NCBI GenBank assembly: GCA_007280875.1
Contig: QYQJ01000082.1
Coordinates: forward strand, 1-57,780
Reading direction: 5' to 3'
DNA length: 57,780 nt
Origin: Bacteroidota bacterium
GTDB lineage: Bacteria; Bacteroidota; Bacteroidia; Bacteroidales; FEN-979
Shown: in pieces, positions 38,219 through 47,047 of the stretch
Numbering within the stretch: position 1 is the first letter of the stretch
Layout: each line of letters begins with the position of its first letter
The notes under the pieces: generated by a model
Told to the model about the DNA's origin: nothing
Database searches by the model: none
What the model saw: the letters and a program-made list of their open reading frames with translations, nothing else
Position numbers and translations under genes: made by a program

Positions 38219-38994
38219 AACCGAGAAAACCACCCATCAGAAAACCTGACAATAAACAAGAAATGAAAGATACTGAATTGATCAGGCTAAATAAGTTTAT
38301 TGCGAATTCAGGTATTTGTTCCAGGCGGGAAGCGGATAAAATGATCTTGGCCGGTGCTGTAAAAGTGAATGGAAAAATCATCACGGAACTGGGAACCAAA
38401 ATAGCGCTGACAGATAAAGTGTTAATAGGCGACCAGGCGCTGCACCAGGAAAAGCTACGGTATATCCTGTTGAACAAGCCGAAAAACTATATAACCACCG
38501 CCGATGATCCCTATAAACGAAATACTGTAATGGCTCTGATCCGGGACGCCTGTCCCGAAAGGATCTACCCGGTCGGCCGGCTCGACCGTAACACCACCGG
38601 GCTGCTGCTGCTGACAAACGACGGGATCATTGCTAAAAAACTTACCCACCCCCGGTACGGTATCCGCAAGATTTACCATGTAGTGCTGGACCAACCCCTC
38701 ACAAAAGCGGATTTGCAGACGATTACCGGCGGAATCGAACTGGACGACGGATTTATCAAAGTCGACCGGATTGAATATGTAACAGACGGAAAAGATAAGA
38801 GGGAGGTAGGACTGGAGCTTCACTCTGGGAAAAACCGCGTCGTCAGACGGATCTTTGAAAAACTCGGTTATAAAGTGGAAAAACTTGACCGGGTCTATTT
38901 TGCCGGGTTGACGAAGAAAAATCTACCCAGGGGAAAATGGAGGTTTTTAGAGGAGAAAGAGATCAATATGTTGAAAATGATCAGCTCAAAGTGA
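38215..38994 (+). CDS. RsuA/RluB-family pseudouridine synthase
   Basis: S4 domain (IRLNKFIANSGICSRREADKMI) and catalytic motif GRLDRNTTGLLLLTNDG. Confidence 0.85.
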   Translation: MKPRKPPIRKPDNKQEMKDTELIRLNKFIANSGICSRREADKMILAGAVKVNGKIITELGTKIALTDKVLIGDQALHQEKLRYILLNKPKNYITTADDPYKRNTVMALIRDACPERIYPVGRLDRNTTGLLLLTNDGIIAKKLTHPRYGIRKIYHVVLDQPLTKADLQTITGGIELDDGFIKVDRIEYVTDGKDKREVGLELHSGKNRVVRRIFEKLGYKVEKLDRVYFAGLTKKNLPRGKWRFLEEKEINMLKMISSK

Positions 38995-39860
38995 TGAAAG
39001 AACCGATTACCATCTACATTGTCGAAGATGAATTATTGATTGCCGCCTGCCTGAAGGATCAGCTTCTCAGTACGGGATATAAGGTACTGGGCACGGCTAC
39101 CCGGGGCGAAAACAGCATTCAGGCTATCAGGGAGCTGAAGAATGAAGGACAGGAACCGGAGGTTGTGTTAATGGATATTCATCTTCGGGGAAACCTGGAT
39201 GGCATTGAGACAGCCCGGCTGATTTCAGAGGAGTTTCATTGTGCGATTATTTTTATCACCGGCCAGAGTTCGAAAGAAGTATATGACCGGTCGTTTCATA
39301 TCAAACCGTTCGGATATGTGCTGAAACCTTACGACCTCGAACAGATGATTATGATAATAGAAATCGCGGCCTATCAGCGGAAGCTGGAAATCGAAAACCT
39401 GGAAATCAGGGAAAAACTGGAAAAGCACCTGAACGAAAAAATCCGGGAGAACACCGAGGTGCTGGAACTCTATGAAACCATCACAGAAAATACCCTGCTT
39501 GGCATCTGGGTGCTTCAGGATGAAAAAGTAATATTTGCCAATAAAGCCATCGCCAATCTATTCGGGTATACCCTGGAAGAGATAAGTACCTTTAACGAAC
39601 GGGACCTATTGGGCCTGCTTCACCCGGACGACCGGAGCCGACTGCTGGATCTGGCCAGAAAACGGCTTCAGGGAGAGACTCCCCCGCAGCATGCCCTGTT
39701 TCGGATATTCAGAAAAGATGGGGAGACCCGGTGGATGAAAACGTTTGTCAGGCGCATCCAGCACCGGGGGAAACCAGCATTGCACCAGACCTACCTGGAT
39801 ATCACAGAATATGTGCATTTTGATCCAAACAAACCAGTTATACATGATGAAGAAAGTTAG
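38994..39860 (+). CDS. Response regulator with REC and PAS domains, no DNA-binding output
   Basis: REC (IYIVEDELLIA, VLMDIHLRG) followed by PAS (TENTLLGIWVLQDEKVIFANKAIANLFGY). The start MKEPIT at 38994 overlaps the upstream stop (ATGA). Confidence 0.8.
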   Translation: MKEPITIYIVEDELLIAACLKDQLLSTGYKVLGTATRGENSIQAIRELKNEGQEPEVVLMDIHLRGNLDGIETARLISEEFHCAIIFITGQSSKEVYDRSFHIKPFGYVLKPYDLEQMIMIIEIAAYQRKLEIENLEIREKLEKHLNEKIRENTEVLELYETITENTLLGIWVLQDEKVIFANKAIANLFGYTLEEISTFNERDLLGLLHPDDRSRLLDLARKRLQGETPPQHALFRIFRKDGETRWMKTFVRRIQHRGKPALHQTYLDITEYVHFDPNKPVIHDEES

Positions 39861-41802
39861 TCTGATTCTGCTTTTGCAGGCACTCGTGCACTGCACATTT
39901 GCAGGAGACCCCATCAGCGCACTGATCAAAACAGCCGGCGATGCCAGCACGTTTCCAAATGATGACCTGCTGGTGATCTTTGACAGCACCCTGACAGACG
40001 TGAAGGAAAGCGGATTGACCTATGTGACCAATCATATGCTTTACAAAGTGTTGACTCCTGCAGGAGCCAAAGAACTGAATGCTCTTACGTTTGGGTATGA
40101 TCCGCAATCGGCCTTTGTGGAGATCCGAAAAGCAGCTGTCTATAAAAACGATGGCCGGATCATGAATCTTGACCTGAACAGGGTTATGGATTACCCTGCA
40201 CCCGCCAGGGGAATATACTGGGGCGCCCGGGAGATCATGATCGAAATGGGACGGCTTGACCCCGGAGACGCGATAGAGGTGGTCATGTTCCGAAAAGGAT
40301 TTACCTATGCCCTGCTGCAACAAAACGATGAAGACCGGTACATTCCCCCGATGCGGGGCCAATTCTATGATATTGTGGAATTTTTCAGCTCCTGGCCGGT
40401 TAACCTGAAAGTATACCAGGTGAGAGTGCCGAAAGAGAAATTACTACAATTTGAATTTTACAATGGAGAGGCGCAGGTATCAGGCTGGCTGGAGGGGGAT
40501 GCCTTTGTGTACACCTTTTCGAAGACCGGCATGCGACCCATCAAACAGGAACCAAGAATGGTTGCCCTGTCGGATGTGGCACCGAAACTACTGCTTTCCA
40601 CCAGCCCCGACTGGGTTGCCAAATCCACCTGGTTTTTCAAGGTCAACGAGGATTTCGGCAGTTTTGATTTTACCCCGGAGATCAAAGCCAAGGTGGATAC
40701 TATTTTGAAAGGAGCCCGCACAGAAGCGGATTCAATCTCCCTGCTCACCCACTGGTGCGCTGATGAGATCCGCTATTCGGGCATCTCTATGGGAGAAGGG
40801 GAGGGCTTCACCCTGCATAAAGGAGCAATGACTTTCAACGACCGGTGCGGAGTATGCAAAGACAAAGCCGGAATGCTGATAACCATGTTACGGGCTGCCG
40901 GATTTATGTCGTACCCGGCCATGACCATGGCCGGATCACGGATCGACTACATTCCGGCCGACCAGTTCAACCACTGTGTGACGGTGGTAAAACTCAAGGA
41001 TGGTCAATATCATCTCCTGGACCCTACCTGGGTGCCCTTTCTCCGCGAGTTGTGGTCCAGCGCTGAACAACAGCAGCAATACCTGATGGGGGTTCCCGAA
41101 GGGGCCGACCTGGCAACTACTCCACTTTCGCCGCCTGAAAATCATTATATTCACGTGGTTGCTGAAGCGGAATTACTGGATGACGGGACACTGGAAGGGA
41201 CCCTGGTGATCACGGCAGAAGGGCAATCGGACGGATCGGTTCGCGGGTATTTTAAAAATTCCAATCAAACTGAATGGAACCGGAACATCGAACGGGAATT
41301 TCTGCGGATCCACCCTAAAGCCACCATCACGAAACTGAATTACGGAGACCCCATGGATTACCTTTCAGGACCCATCCGGATCGAAATCGGGTACTGCATT
41401 CCGGATTACGCAATGGTTTCAGGAAACACCCTGTTTTTTAAACCGTTGATGGCTTCGCAGTTATTCAAATCGGCTCAATCGCACCTCTATTTCGAAACCG
41501 ATCTGGAAACAAGGCAGTTTCCTTTTCGCGACAGGTGTTCCCGCCAGGTCGTGGTTTCAGAAAAGATACGGATCCCCTCCCTGGAAAAGACAGTCCGGAT
41601 TCCGGAACCGGTCAACCTGCAGGGAGCCTTTGCTTCCATCACAGGCGGATACAACCTGCAGGGAGAGACCCTCGTTTTTAAAGAAGAGATCTCATTTGGA
41701 AAACGGATCTACGAAGCCGGCGAATGGCCTGAATACCGGGATGCAGTCAAAGCCCAGAACCGCTTTGCAGACGAAATGGTTGTGGTGGATTTAAAAAAAT
41801 GA
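39844..41802 (+). CDS. Secreted DUF3857-type transglutaminase-like protein with catalytic triad present
   Basis: Signal peptide MMKKVSLILLLQALVHCTFA. Transglutaminase core with Cys (RCGVCKDKAGMLITMLRAAG), His (QFNHCVTVV) and Asp (HLLDPTW). Confidence 0.75.
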   Translation: MMKKVSLILLLQALVHCTFAGDPISALIKTAGDASTFPNDDLLVIFDSTLTDVKESGLTYVTNHMLYKVLTPAGAKELNALTFGYDPQSAFVEIRKAAVYKNDGRIMNLDLNRVMDYPAPARGIYWGAREIMIEMGRLDPGDAIEVVMFRKGFTYALLQQNDEDRYIPPMRGQFYDIVEFFSSWPVNLKVYQVRVPKEKLLQFEFYNGEAQVSGWLEGDAFVYTFSKTGMRPIKQEPRMVALSDVAPKLLLSTSPDWVAKSTWFFKVNEDFGSFDFTPEIKAKVDTILKGARTEADSISLLTHWCADEIRYSGISMGEGEGFTLHKGAMTFNDRCGVCKDKAGMLITMLRAAGFMSYPAMTMAGSRIDYIPADQFNHCVTVVKLKDGQYHLLDPTWVPFLRELWSSAEQQQQYLMGVPEGADLATTPLSPPENHYIHVVAEAELLDDGTLEGTLVITAEGQSDGSVRGYFKNSNQTEWNRNIEREFLRIHPKATITKLNYGDPMDYLSGPIRIEIGYCIPDYAMVSGNTLFFKPLMASQLFKSAQSHLYFETDLETRQFPFRDRCSRQVVVSEKIRIPSLEKTVRIPEPVNLQGAFASITGGYNLQGETLVFKEEISFGKRIYEAGEWPEYRDAVKAQNRFADEMVVVDLKK

Positions 41803-41827
41803 ATAACGGGTTAATAAGCCTAGCAAT

Positions 41828-43663
41828 ATGAAACAAGTCACGATACTGATATTATTCTCTCTTTCTCTCTTTCCATTTTTTCATCTTTCTGCACAGGAGG
41901 AAAAATACGATGCCATATACCTGTCTCTGACCAAAGAGTACACCCTGAATACCGACGGTACCATGGAATACCGCTATGCCAAGGAACAGAAACTGCAAAA
42001 CTACCGGTCGTTTCACCGGTTATTCGGAGAGACATTCATTTTGTATAATCCTGATTATCAGATACTCACTGTAGATCAGTCGCTTACAGTCATGGCCGAC
42101 GGTAAAAATGTGGTCACACCGGCAAATGCATTTAACGAAGTGCTTCCAAGATTTGCTTCCCACGCCCCGGCCTTCAACCGGTTACGTGAACTGGTCATCA
42201 CCCATACCGGGCTTGAAGTTGGTGCTACCGTGTATCTTGATTACCGGATCCGGACAGCCGTTGATTTCTTCCCTGCATTTATGGGGAGCACGATTTTGGC
42301 CGAAAACCAACCGGTAAAATCCCTTACGATGATCCTTCGGGTACCGGAAAACAAACCCCTGTTTTTTAAATTGTTCAACAGCGAGAAAAAACCATCGGAG
42401 ACAACCGAAAACGGATTTCGGGTATACCGATGGGCCCTGAACGGGATCCCGGCCATGTCGCCCGAAGATCACCGCCCCAACGATCAGTCGCTTTATCCGA
42501 CTCTGATCTTCAGCACACTTGATGGGTATCGGCCGATCGCCGGCTTTTTCATGGATCAGGAGGCTTTCAGGTACGCCACATCTGAGACCATGAATCAATT
42601 TGTAACAAAATTGGAAACAGACCGGAAAGAGAAAAAAGAGCTCCTTTTTACCCTGCAGGATTTTGTAGTGAAAGAGATCAATCTCTTTGACGTCCCCGGG
42701 GAACTTACCGGGTATCGGCTCCGGACTCCGGAAGAACTATGGAACAGCAACGGTGGAACAGTGGCGGAAAAAGCGGTTTTCCTGACAGCCCTTTTGAAGC
42801 AGGCCGGAATCCAGGCACAGCCGGTACTGGTTTTCGACGGATCCGATTTTAACAACCAAATAGGAACCCTTACTACACTGGAAGATTGGGTGGTGAGGGC
42901 CGAAGTGGCCGGACTCGGAGAGGTATATTTATCGGTAGAACAGGCAAATGCGTTTGATATGCCTGTGCTTGAACCCGGAAAGGTATTCCTGGTTCTGAAG
43001 GAAGATGGGACCTTCCAACCGGTTGATACAGAAGCGAAAAAAAACGCTCTTTCGCTGAAAGGAATACTGGTGATCGGTACGGCGCTGACCCTTTCAGGCG
43101 AACTCATAGGAACGATCAGCGGCCCTTCCAATCCTTTTCTGGCCTTGACCCGAAGTGAAAATAAGCTGAAGCAATATTTCCGGGGCGGAGTGGCTTCAGC
43201 CGAAATTAAGGAGATCTCTTTTTCCAGGCTGACACCTGCGGAATCTTCTTTTACCTGCAGAGTGGATCAAGCAGAAATAGTAAAAAAAGATTTGAACTAT
43301 TTGTTCTTCACGCTTCCGTATCTGAATACCGGGATTGAAAGCTGGAATGTCCAAGCGCTGGTTGCAAAGCGTGAGACACCACTGGAAATACCTTTTCCAT
43401 TAGAGGAAAAGTACGATTTTACAATCGCTTTACCTGATAACATGAAAGTGTTTTTACCCAAGCAAAATATAAGAATTACAAATCAGGCAGGTTCATATTT
43501 ATTTGTTGTGTCACAACGGGGCGGAACAATTCATGTTAGAAAAGAGTTAACCATTAACCAGTACATCATTACGCCTGAGAGATACACCGGGTTCAAAGAA
43601 TTAGTTACTACATGGTATTTACCTGGAAACAGTAGTCTTATTTTTGGATTTATTGACCGATAA
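41828..43663 (+). CDS. Secreted DUF3857/DUF3858-type paralogue with degenerate transglutaminase core
   Basis: Signal peptide. The homologous core segment GGTVAEKAVFLTALLKQAG lacks the nucleophile Cys, and the His position reads LEDWVVRA. Confidence 0.6.
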   Translation: MKQVTILILFSLSLFPFFHLSAQEEKYDAIYLSLTKEYTLNTDGTMEYRYAKEQKLQNYRSFHRLFGETFILYNPDYQILTVDQSLTVMADGKNVVTPANAFNEVLPRFASHAPAFNRLRELVITHTGLEVGATVYLDYRIRTAVDFFPAFMGSTILAENQPVKSLTMILRVPENKPLFFKLFNSEKKPSETTENGFRVYRWALNGIPAMSPEDHRPNDQSLYPTLIFSTLDGYRPIAGFFMDQEAFRYATSETMNQFVTKLETDRKEKKELLFTLQDFVVKEINLFDVPGELTGYRLRTPEELWNSNGGTVAEKAVFLTALLKQAGIQAQPVLVFDGSDFNNQIGTLTTLEDWVVRAEVAGLGEVYLSVEQANAFDMPVLEPGKVFLVLKEDGTFQPVDTEAKKNALSLKGILVIGTALTLSGELIGTISGPSNPFLALTRSENKLKQYFRGGVASAEIKEISFSRLTPAESSFTCRVDQAEIVKKDLNYLFFTLPYLNTGIESWNVQALVAKRETPLEIPFPLEEKYDFTIALPDNMKVFLPKQNIRITNQAGSYLFVVSQRGGTIHVRKELTINQYIITPERYTGFKELVTTWYLPGNSSLIFGFIDR

Positions 43664-43692
43664 TACCAAAACCCCACCTGAATGAACATTTC

Positions 43693-45351
43693 ATGCCCGG
43701 ACTGAATATAATAATTGGAAACAAGGGCCTTTCTGGTCCAAACGATCTCCTTGAAACCGTATTAAAACGTTGTTTGTATACTTTTGAATACAGGACGAAA
43801 GTATATTGCTTGTTTGAAAATTTACGGATTGCTGTGGTAACCTATGCCGGTTATCCGGTACGTTATTTTTCAGACGACCGGTTTGAATATTTTTTAGAGG
43901 GCAGGATATACAATTTATCAGACCAACAGGAAGAACAACGGATCAAAGAGATCCCAAAAGTATTTCAGGGAAACTGTATACCCGGGGATCGGTTATATGC
44001 CCTCTTAAATTCAGACGATGCAGAGTTTTTTCTGTGTATTGTAGACCGGCTTTCCCGCCAATGGATGCTTGTTGGAGACTCCTTGAGCAGGCTTCCGGTC
44101 TATTCCTGCCAGAATAAAAACTGGGCGCTGTATCTCCGGGATCTGGCTATAAAAAGAGCATTAATACCTGACGAACCGGATCAGGTTGGAGTAGCGGAGA
44201 CATTATACTTCGGGTATCCACTTTCCGACCGTACGATATATCGTTATACACACCGGCTGATGCCTGCATTTTATATACTGGAAGATATACACGGGAGAAA
44301 GACCGGCACCTGGAAACAATATAATTTTGAGAACTATCATACCGAACGGGATCCCCGTATTATTGCCGGGAAAGCTCGTGAATTGTTTTTAAATGCCTGT
44401 ACTCTGAGGCTGAGGTCGTATGAAGAACGAAAATTGTCATTAAGCGGAGGCCTGGATTCCCGTGTAATTGGAAGCGCCTTGCGGACGCTGAAATTAACAT
44501 TCCGAATCGATTCCTATCTTGATCCATGGAATAATGCTCTTCAGGATTTGCAAGTGGCCAAAAAAATAGCAGATACCTGGGAGAAAAAGCTGAATGTTGT
44601 TGAAATAAAAAGATCCTCCGGAGAGTTTGAAGATATGCTGATAAAAATGAAATCCGGAATGAACTCACTTGGGATGTCATTTATTCTTGAGTTTTTTACC
44701 CGGATTTCTGGTCCCGGGATGGTTTATATTACCGGAGACGGTGGAGATAAGGTACTTCCGGATTTAACCTGGGACATGCAGGGAAAAAATGTCTATCAGC
44801 TTGCTTCGTTTATTCTGAAAAAACACATCATAATAGTTCCTGAAATTGTCGCAAAAGATACGCGGACAGAGATGATTCGTAATTCACTGGTTGAATTACT
44901 TGAAGCCTCGCCCGAAAAATCAATGGAAGGAAAGTATATTCGGTTCCTTATCATGGGAAGAGGGGTAAAGTGGTTATTCGAGGGCGAAGATCGCAACCGG
45001 TGCTTTTTTCCCTCGATTACTCCATATTATTCCACCCCGCTGTTTGATTATTTAATGGCGATAGATCCGGCAGTGAAAAAGAATTATCAATTGTATCACC
45101 GTTTTATTTCGGTTGTTTCCCCGGAAACCTTACGGATCGATAATGCCAACTGGAATTTTCCGATAGATCAGACGACGCGCATAAGGTTTTTACTCTTCAA
45201 ACAACGAGTAAAATATTCACTGCCCGGATGGGCATTGAATGTTGCTGAAAAAAAAGATCATCAGGAATATGTCTTTATCCTGAAAACACTATCAAAGGTT
45301 TTTGGTGACAGATTCGATCCGAATCAGTCACCACTTTTAGTGAGCAAATGA
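43693..45351 (+). CDS. Asparagine synthetase-like ATP-pyrophosphatase lacking the glutaminase nucleophile
   Basis: PP-loop SLSGGLDSRVIG. The N-terminal domain keeps an AsnB-like layout (EGRIYNL, AEFFLCIVDRLSRQWMLVGDSLSRLPVY), but residue 2 is Pro (MPGLN) instead of the catalytic Cys. Confidence 0.7.
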   Translation: MPGLNIIIGNKGLSGPNDLLETVLKRCLYTFEYRTKVYCLFENLRIAVVTYAGYPVRYFSDDRFEYFLEGRIYNLSDQQEEQRIKEIPKVFQGNCIPGDRLYALLNSDDAEFFLCIVDRLSRQWMLVGDSLSRLPVYSCQNKNWALYLRDLAIKRALIPDEPDQVGVAETLYFGYPLSDRTIYRYTHRLMPAFYILEDIHGRKTGTWKQYNFENYHTERDPRIIAGKARELFLNACTLRLRSYEERKLSLSGGLDSRVIGSALRTLKLTFRIDSYLDPWNNALQDLQVAKKIADTWEKKLNVVEIKRSSGEFEDMLIKMKSGMNSLGMSFILEFFTRISGPGMVYITGDGGDKVLPDLTWDMQGKNVYQLASFILKKHIIIVPEIVAKDTRTEMIRNSLVELLEASPEKSMEGKYIRFLIMGRGVKWLFEGEDRNRCFFPSITPYYSTPLFDYLMAIDPAVKKNYQLYHRFISVVSPETLRIDNANWNFPIDQTTRIRFLLFKQRVKYSLPGWALNVAEKKDHQEYVFILKTLSKVFGDRFDPNQSPLLVSK

Positions 45352-45358
45352 ACGAAGG

Positions 45359-47047
45359 ATGCCGGAAGCACTATCATTCGGAATTTTATGCAATAGCCTG
45401 ATGCTAGAAAGATGGCAGGCTGATTCGATCAAACATCTCCGGGATCATGGCATAGAGCTGAAACTTATCATTGTTAAGGCTTCCGGTAAGGAACCCGTTC
45501 TCCAAAACCGGATCCGGTCAAAAATCAACCGGCTTTTCTCCAGGAACGCACTTTTTTATTTTTTTGATCGCTATTTTCTTCATCCTGAATCAAAAAGGAT
45601 TGTAAATTATACCGACGAGGCCACAGATATTTATAAGCTTTTCTGCACTCCTGAAAAACGGAAATACATCTCTTTCTTTCATGAAAAGGATCTTCAAACC
45701 ATCCGGGAAATCGGCCCGCATTTTCTTCTCAGATTTGGATTTGGGATTATTGGTGGCGAGATTTTAACAATCCCTCAGTATGGCATTTGGTCATTCCATC
45801 ATGGCGATGAAATGAAATACCGGGGTGGACCTCCTGGTTTCTGGGAGATACTGAATAACGAACCGGTCACAGGTGTTATTCTGCAGCGATTGAATGAAAG
45901 ATTGGATAAAGGATTTATCTTGAGAAAAGGATGGTTCAAAACGCAACGCCATTCCTATAAGGGTCAGCTGGATCAGCTCTATCTACAGACAACCCGGTGG
46001 CCGTTGCAAGTATGTATTGCGATTCAAAACGGGACCCACTCCGAATGGTTATCTGACAGCAAGGCTCCCTTGTACAGGGCGCCGGGAAATGTTACAATCG
46101 CAAAATTTCTGTATAAGTTGATCTGGAACAGACTGATGTTTCACTTCAACGAACTGACTCGTGCAGAGGACTGGAATATCGGTATTATTCACAGGGCGAT
46201 TCACGATATTGTCAAATGGGGTTGGGATCCGGAAGAAGTGCAATGGTTCCCGAAACCCAAACTGTCGAAATTTGTCGCCGATCCCTTTTTACTTGAAATT
46301 GACGGCAGATCAACCGTGTTCTTTGAATATTATAGTTACCGGAGATCAAAAGGAGAACTATACAGCATGGATATATGTGATATGCAAAGTTTTCCTAAAC
46401 AGATCAGAAAAGCACTACAGACAGAAAATCATAGCTCATTTCCTTTTGTCTTTTCCTTTCAGGGGGAATATTTTCTAATTCCCGAAACCCATCAGGATAA
46501 CCGGATTGTTTTGTACAGCCTGAACCATGATACCGGGCAATTCGGTTATAATCGTACATTAGTGGATCATATGTCGGGTGTAGATCCTGTTATTCTTCAC
46601 TATCAAAACAAATGGTGGCTGTTTTTTACCCGGAAGGATCTTCCCAGTGTTCATCTATATATCTATTATTCGCAGTCGTTATTTGATAAGTTCATATCAC
46701 ATTCCAATAATCCGGTAAAAACGGATATTCGTTCCAGCCGTCCGGCCGGATCGTTTATCCGGATGGATGGCTGGCTTATCAGGCCGGCACAGGATTGTTC
46801 CTGGCATTATGGAGCGAGGATAGTATTGAATCATGTACTAAAATTATCTCCTTTCGATTTTCAGGAAGAGAAATATCTGACGGTTTGTCCGAAAGGAAAT
46901 TATTATTCTGAAGGATTGCATACGATAAATGGAAATGACCGGATTACAATAATTGATGGAAAAGAGTTTCGCTTTCTTTGGTCAAATTTTTTTCATGGGC
47001 TAAAACGAATTGCAAATAACCGGATAGGAATTACAGGCATATGGTAA
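45359..47047 (+). CDS. Formyltransferase-like N-domain fused to a beta-propeller-like (GH43/GINT1_N-like) C-domain
   Basis: N-terminal half has the Fmt/ArnA-type motif SFHHGDEMKYRGGPPGFWEILNNEPVTGVILQRLNERLDKG. The C-terminal roughly 290 aa (FVADPFLL, FFEYYSY, WWLFFTR) resemble bacterial GINT1_N-type proteins. The C-domain assignment is tentative. Confidence 0.55.
   Translation: MPEALSFGILCNSLMLERWQADSIKHLRDHGIELKLIIVKASGKEPVLQNRIRSKINRLFSRNALFYFFDRYFLHPESKRIVNYTDEATDIYKLFCTPEKRKYISFFHEKDLQTIREIGPHFLLRFGFGIIGGEILTIPQYGIWSFHHGDEMKYRGGPPGFWEILNNEPVTGVILQRLNERLDKGFILRKGWFKTQRHSYKGQLDQLYLQTTRWPLQVCIAIQNGTHSEWLSDSKAPLYRAPGNVTIAKFLYKLIWNRLMFHFNELTRAEDWNIGIIHRAIHDIVKWGWDPEEVQWFPKPKLSKFVADPFLLEIDGRSTVFFEYYSYRRSKGELYSMDICDMQSFPKQIRKALQTENHSSFPFVFSFQGEYFLIPETHQDNRIVLYSLNHDTGQFGYNRTLVDHMSGVDPVILHYQNKWWLFFTRKDLPSVHLYIYYSQSLFDKFISHSNNPVKTDIRSSRPAGSFIRMDGWLIRPAQDCSWHYGARIVLNHVLKLSPFDFQEEKYLTVCPKGNYYSEGLHTINGNDRITIIDGKEFRFLWSNFFHGLKRIANNRIGITGIW

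Noticed and set aside
39844-45351. A transglutaminase-like protein next to a Cys-less asparagine-synthetase homologue resembles the B and C enzymes of a lasso-peptide cluster.
   Set aside because: The transglutaminase-like proteins are 611-685 aa with signal peptides (extracytoplasmic, DUF3857-type), not roughly 200-aa cytoplasmic leader peptidases. The inter-gene gaps are only 7-29 nt, which leaves no room for a precursor-peptide ORF. No PqqD-like RRE or ABC exporter is present.
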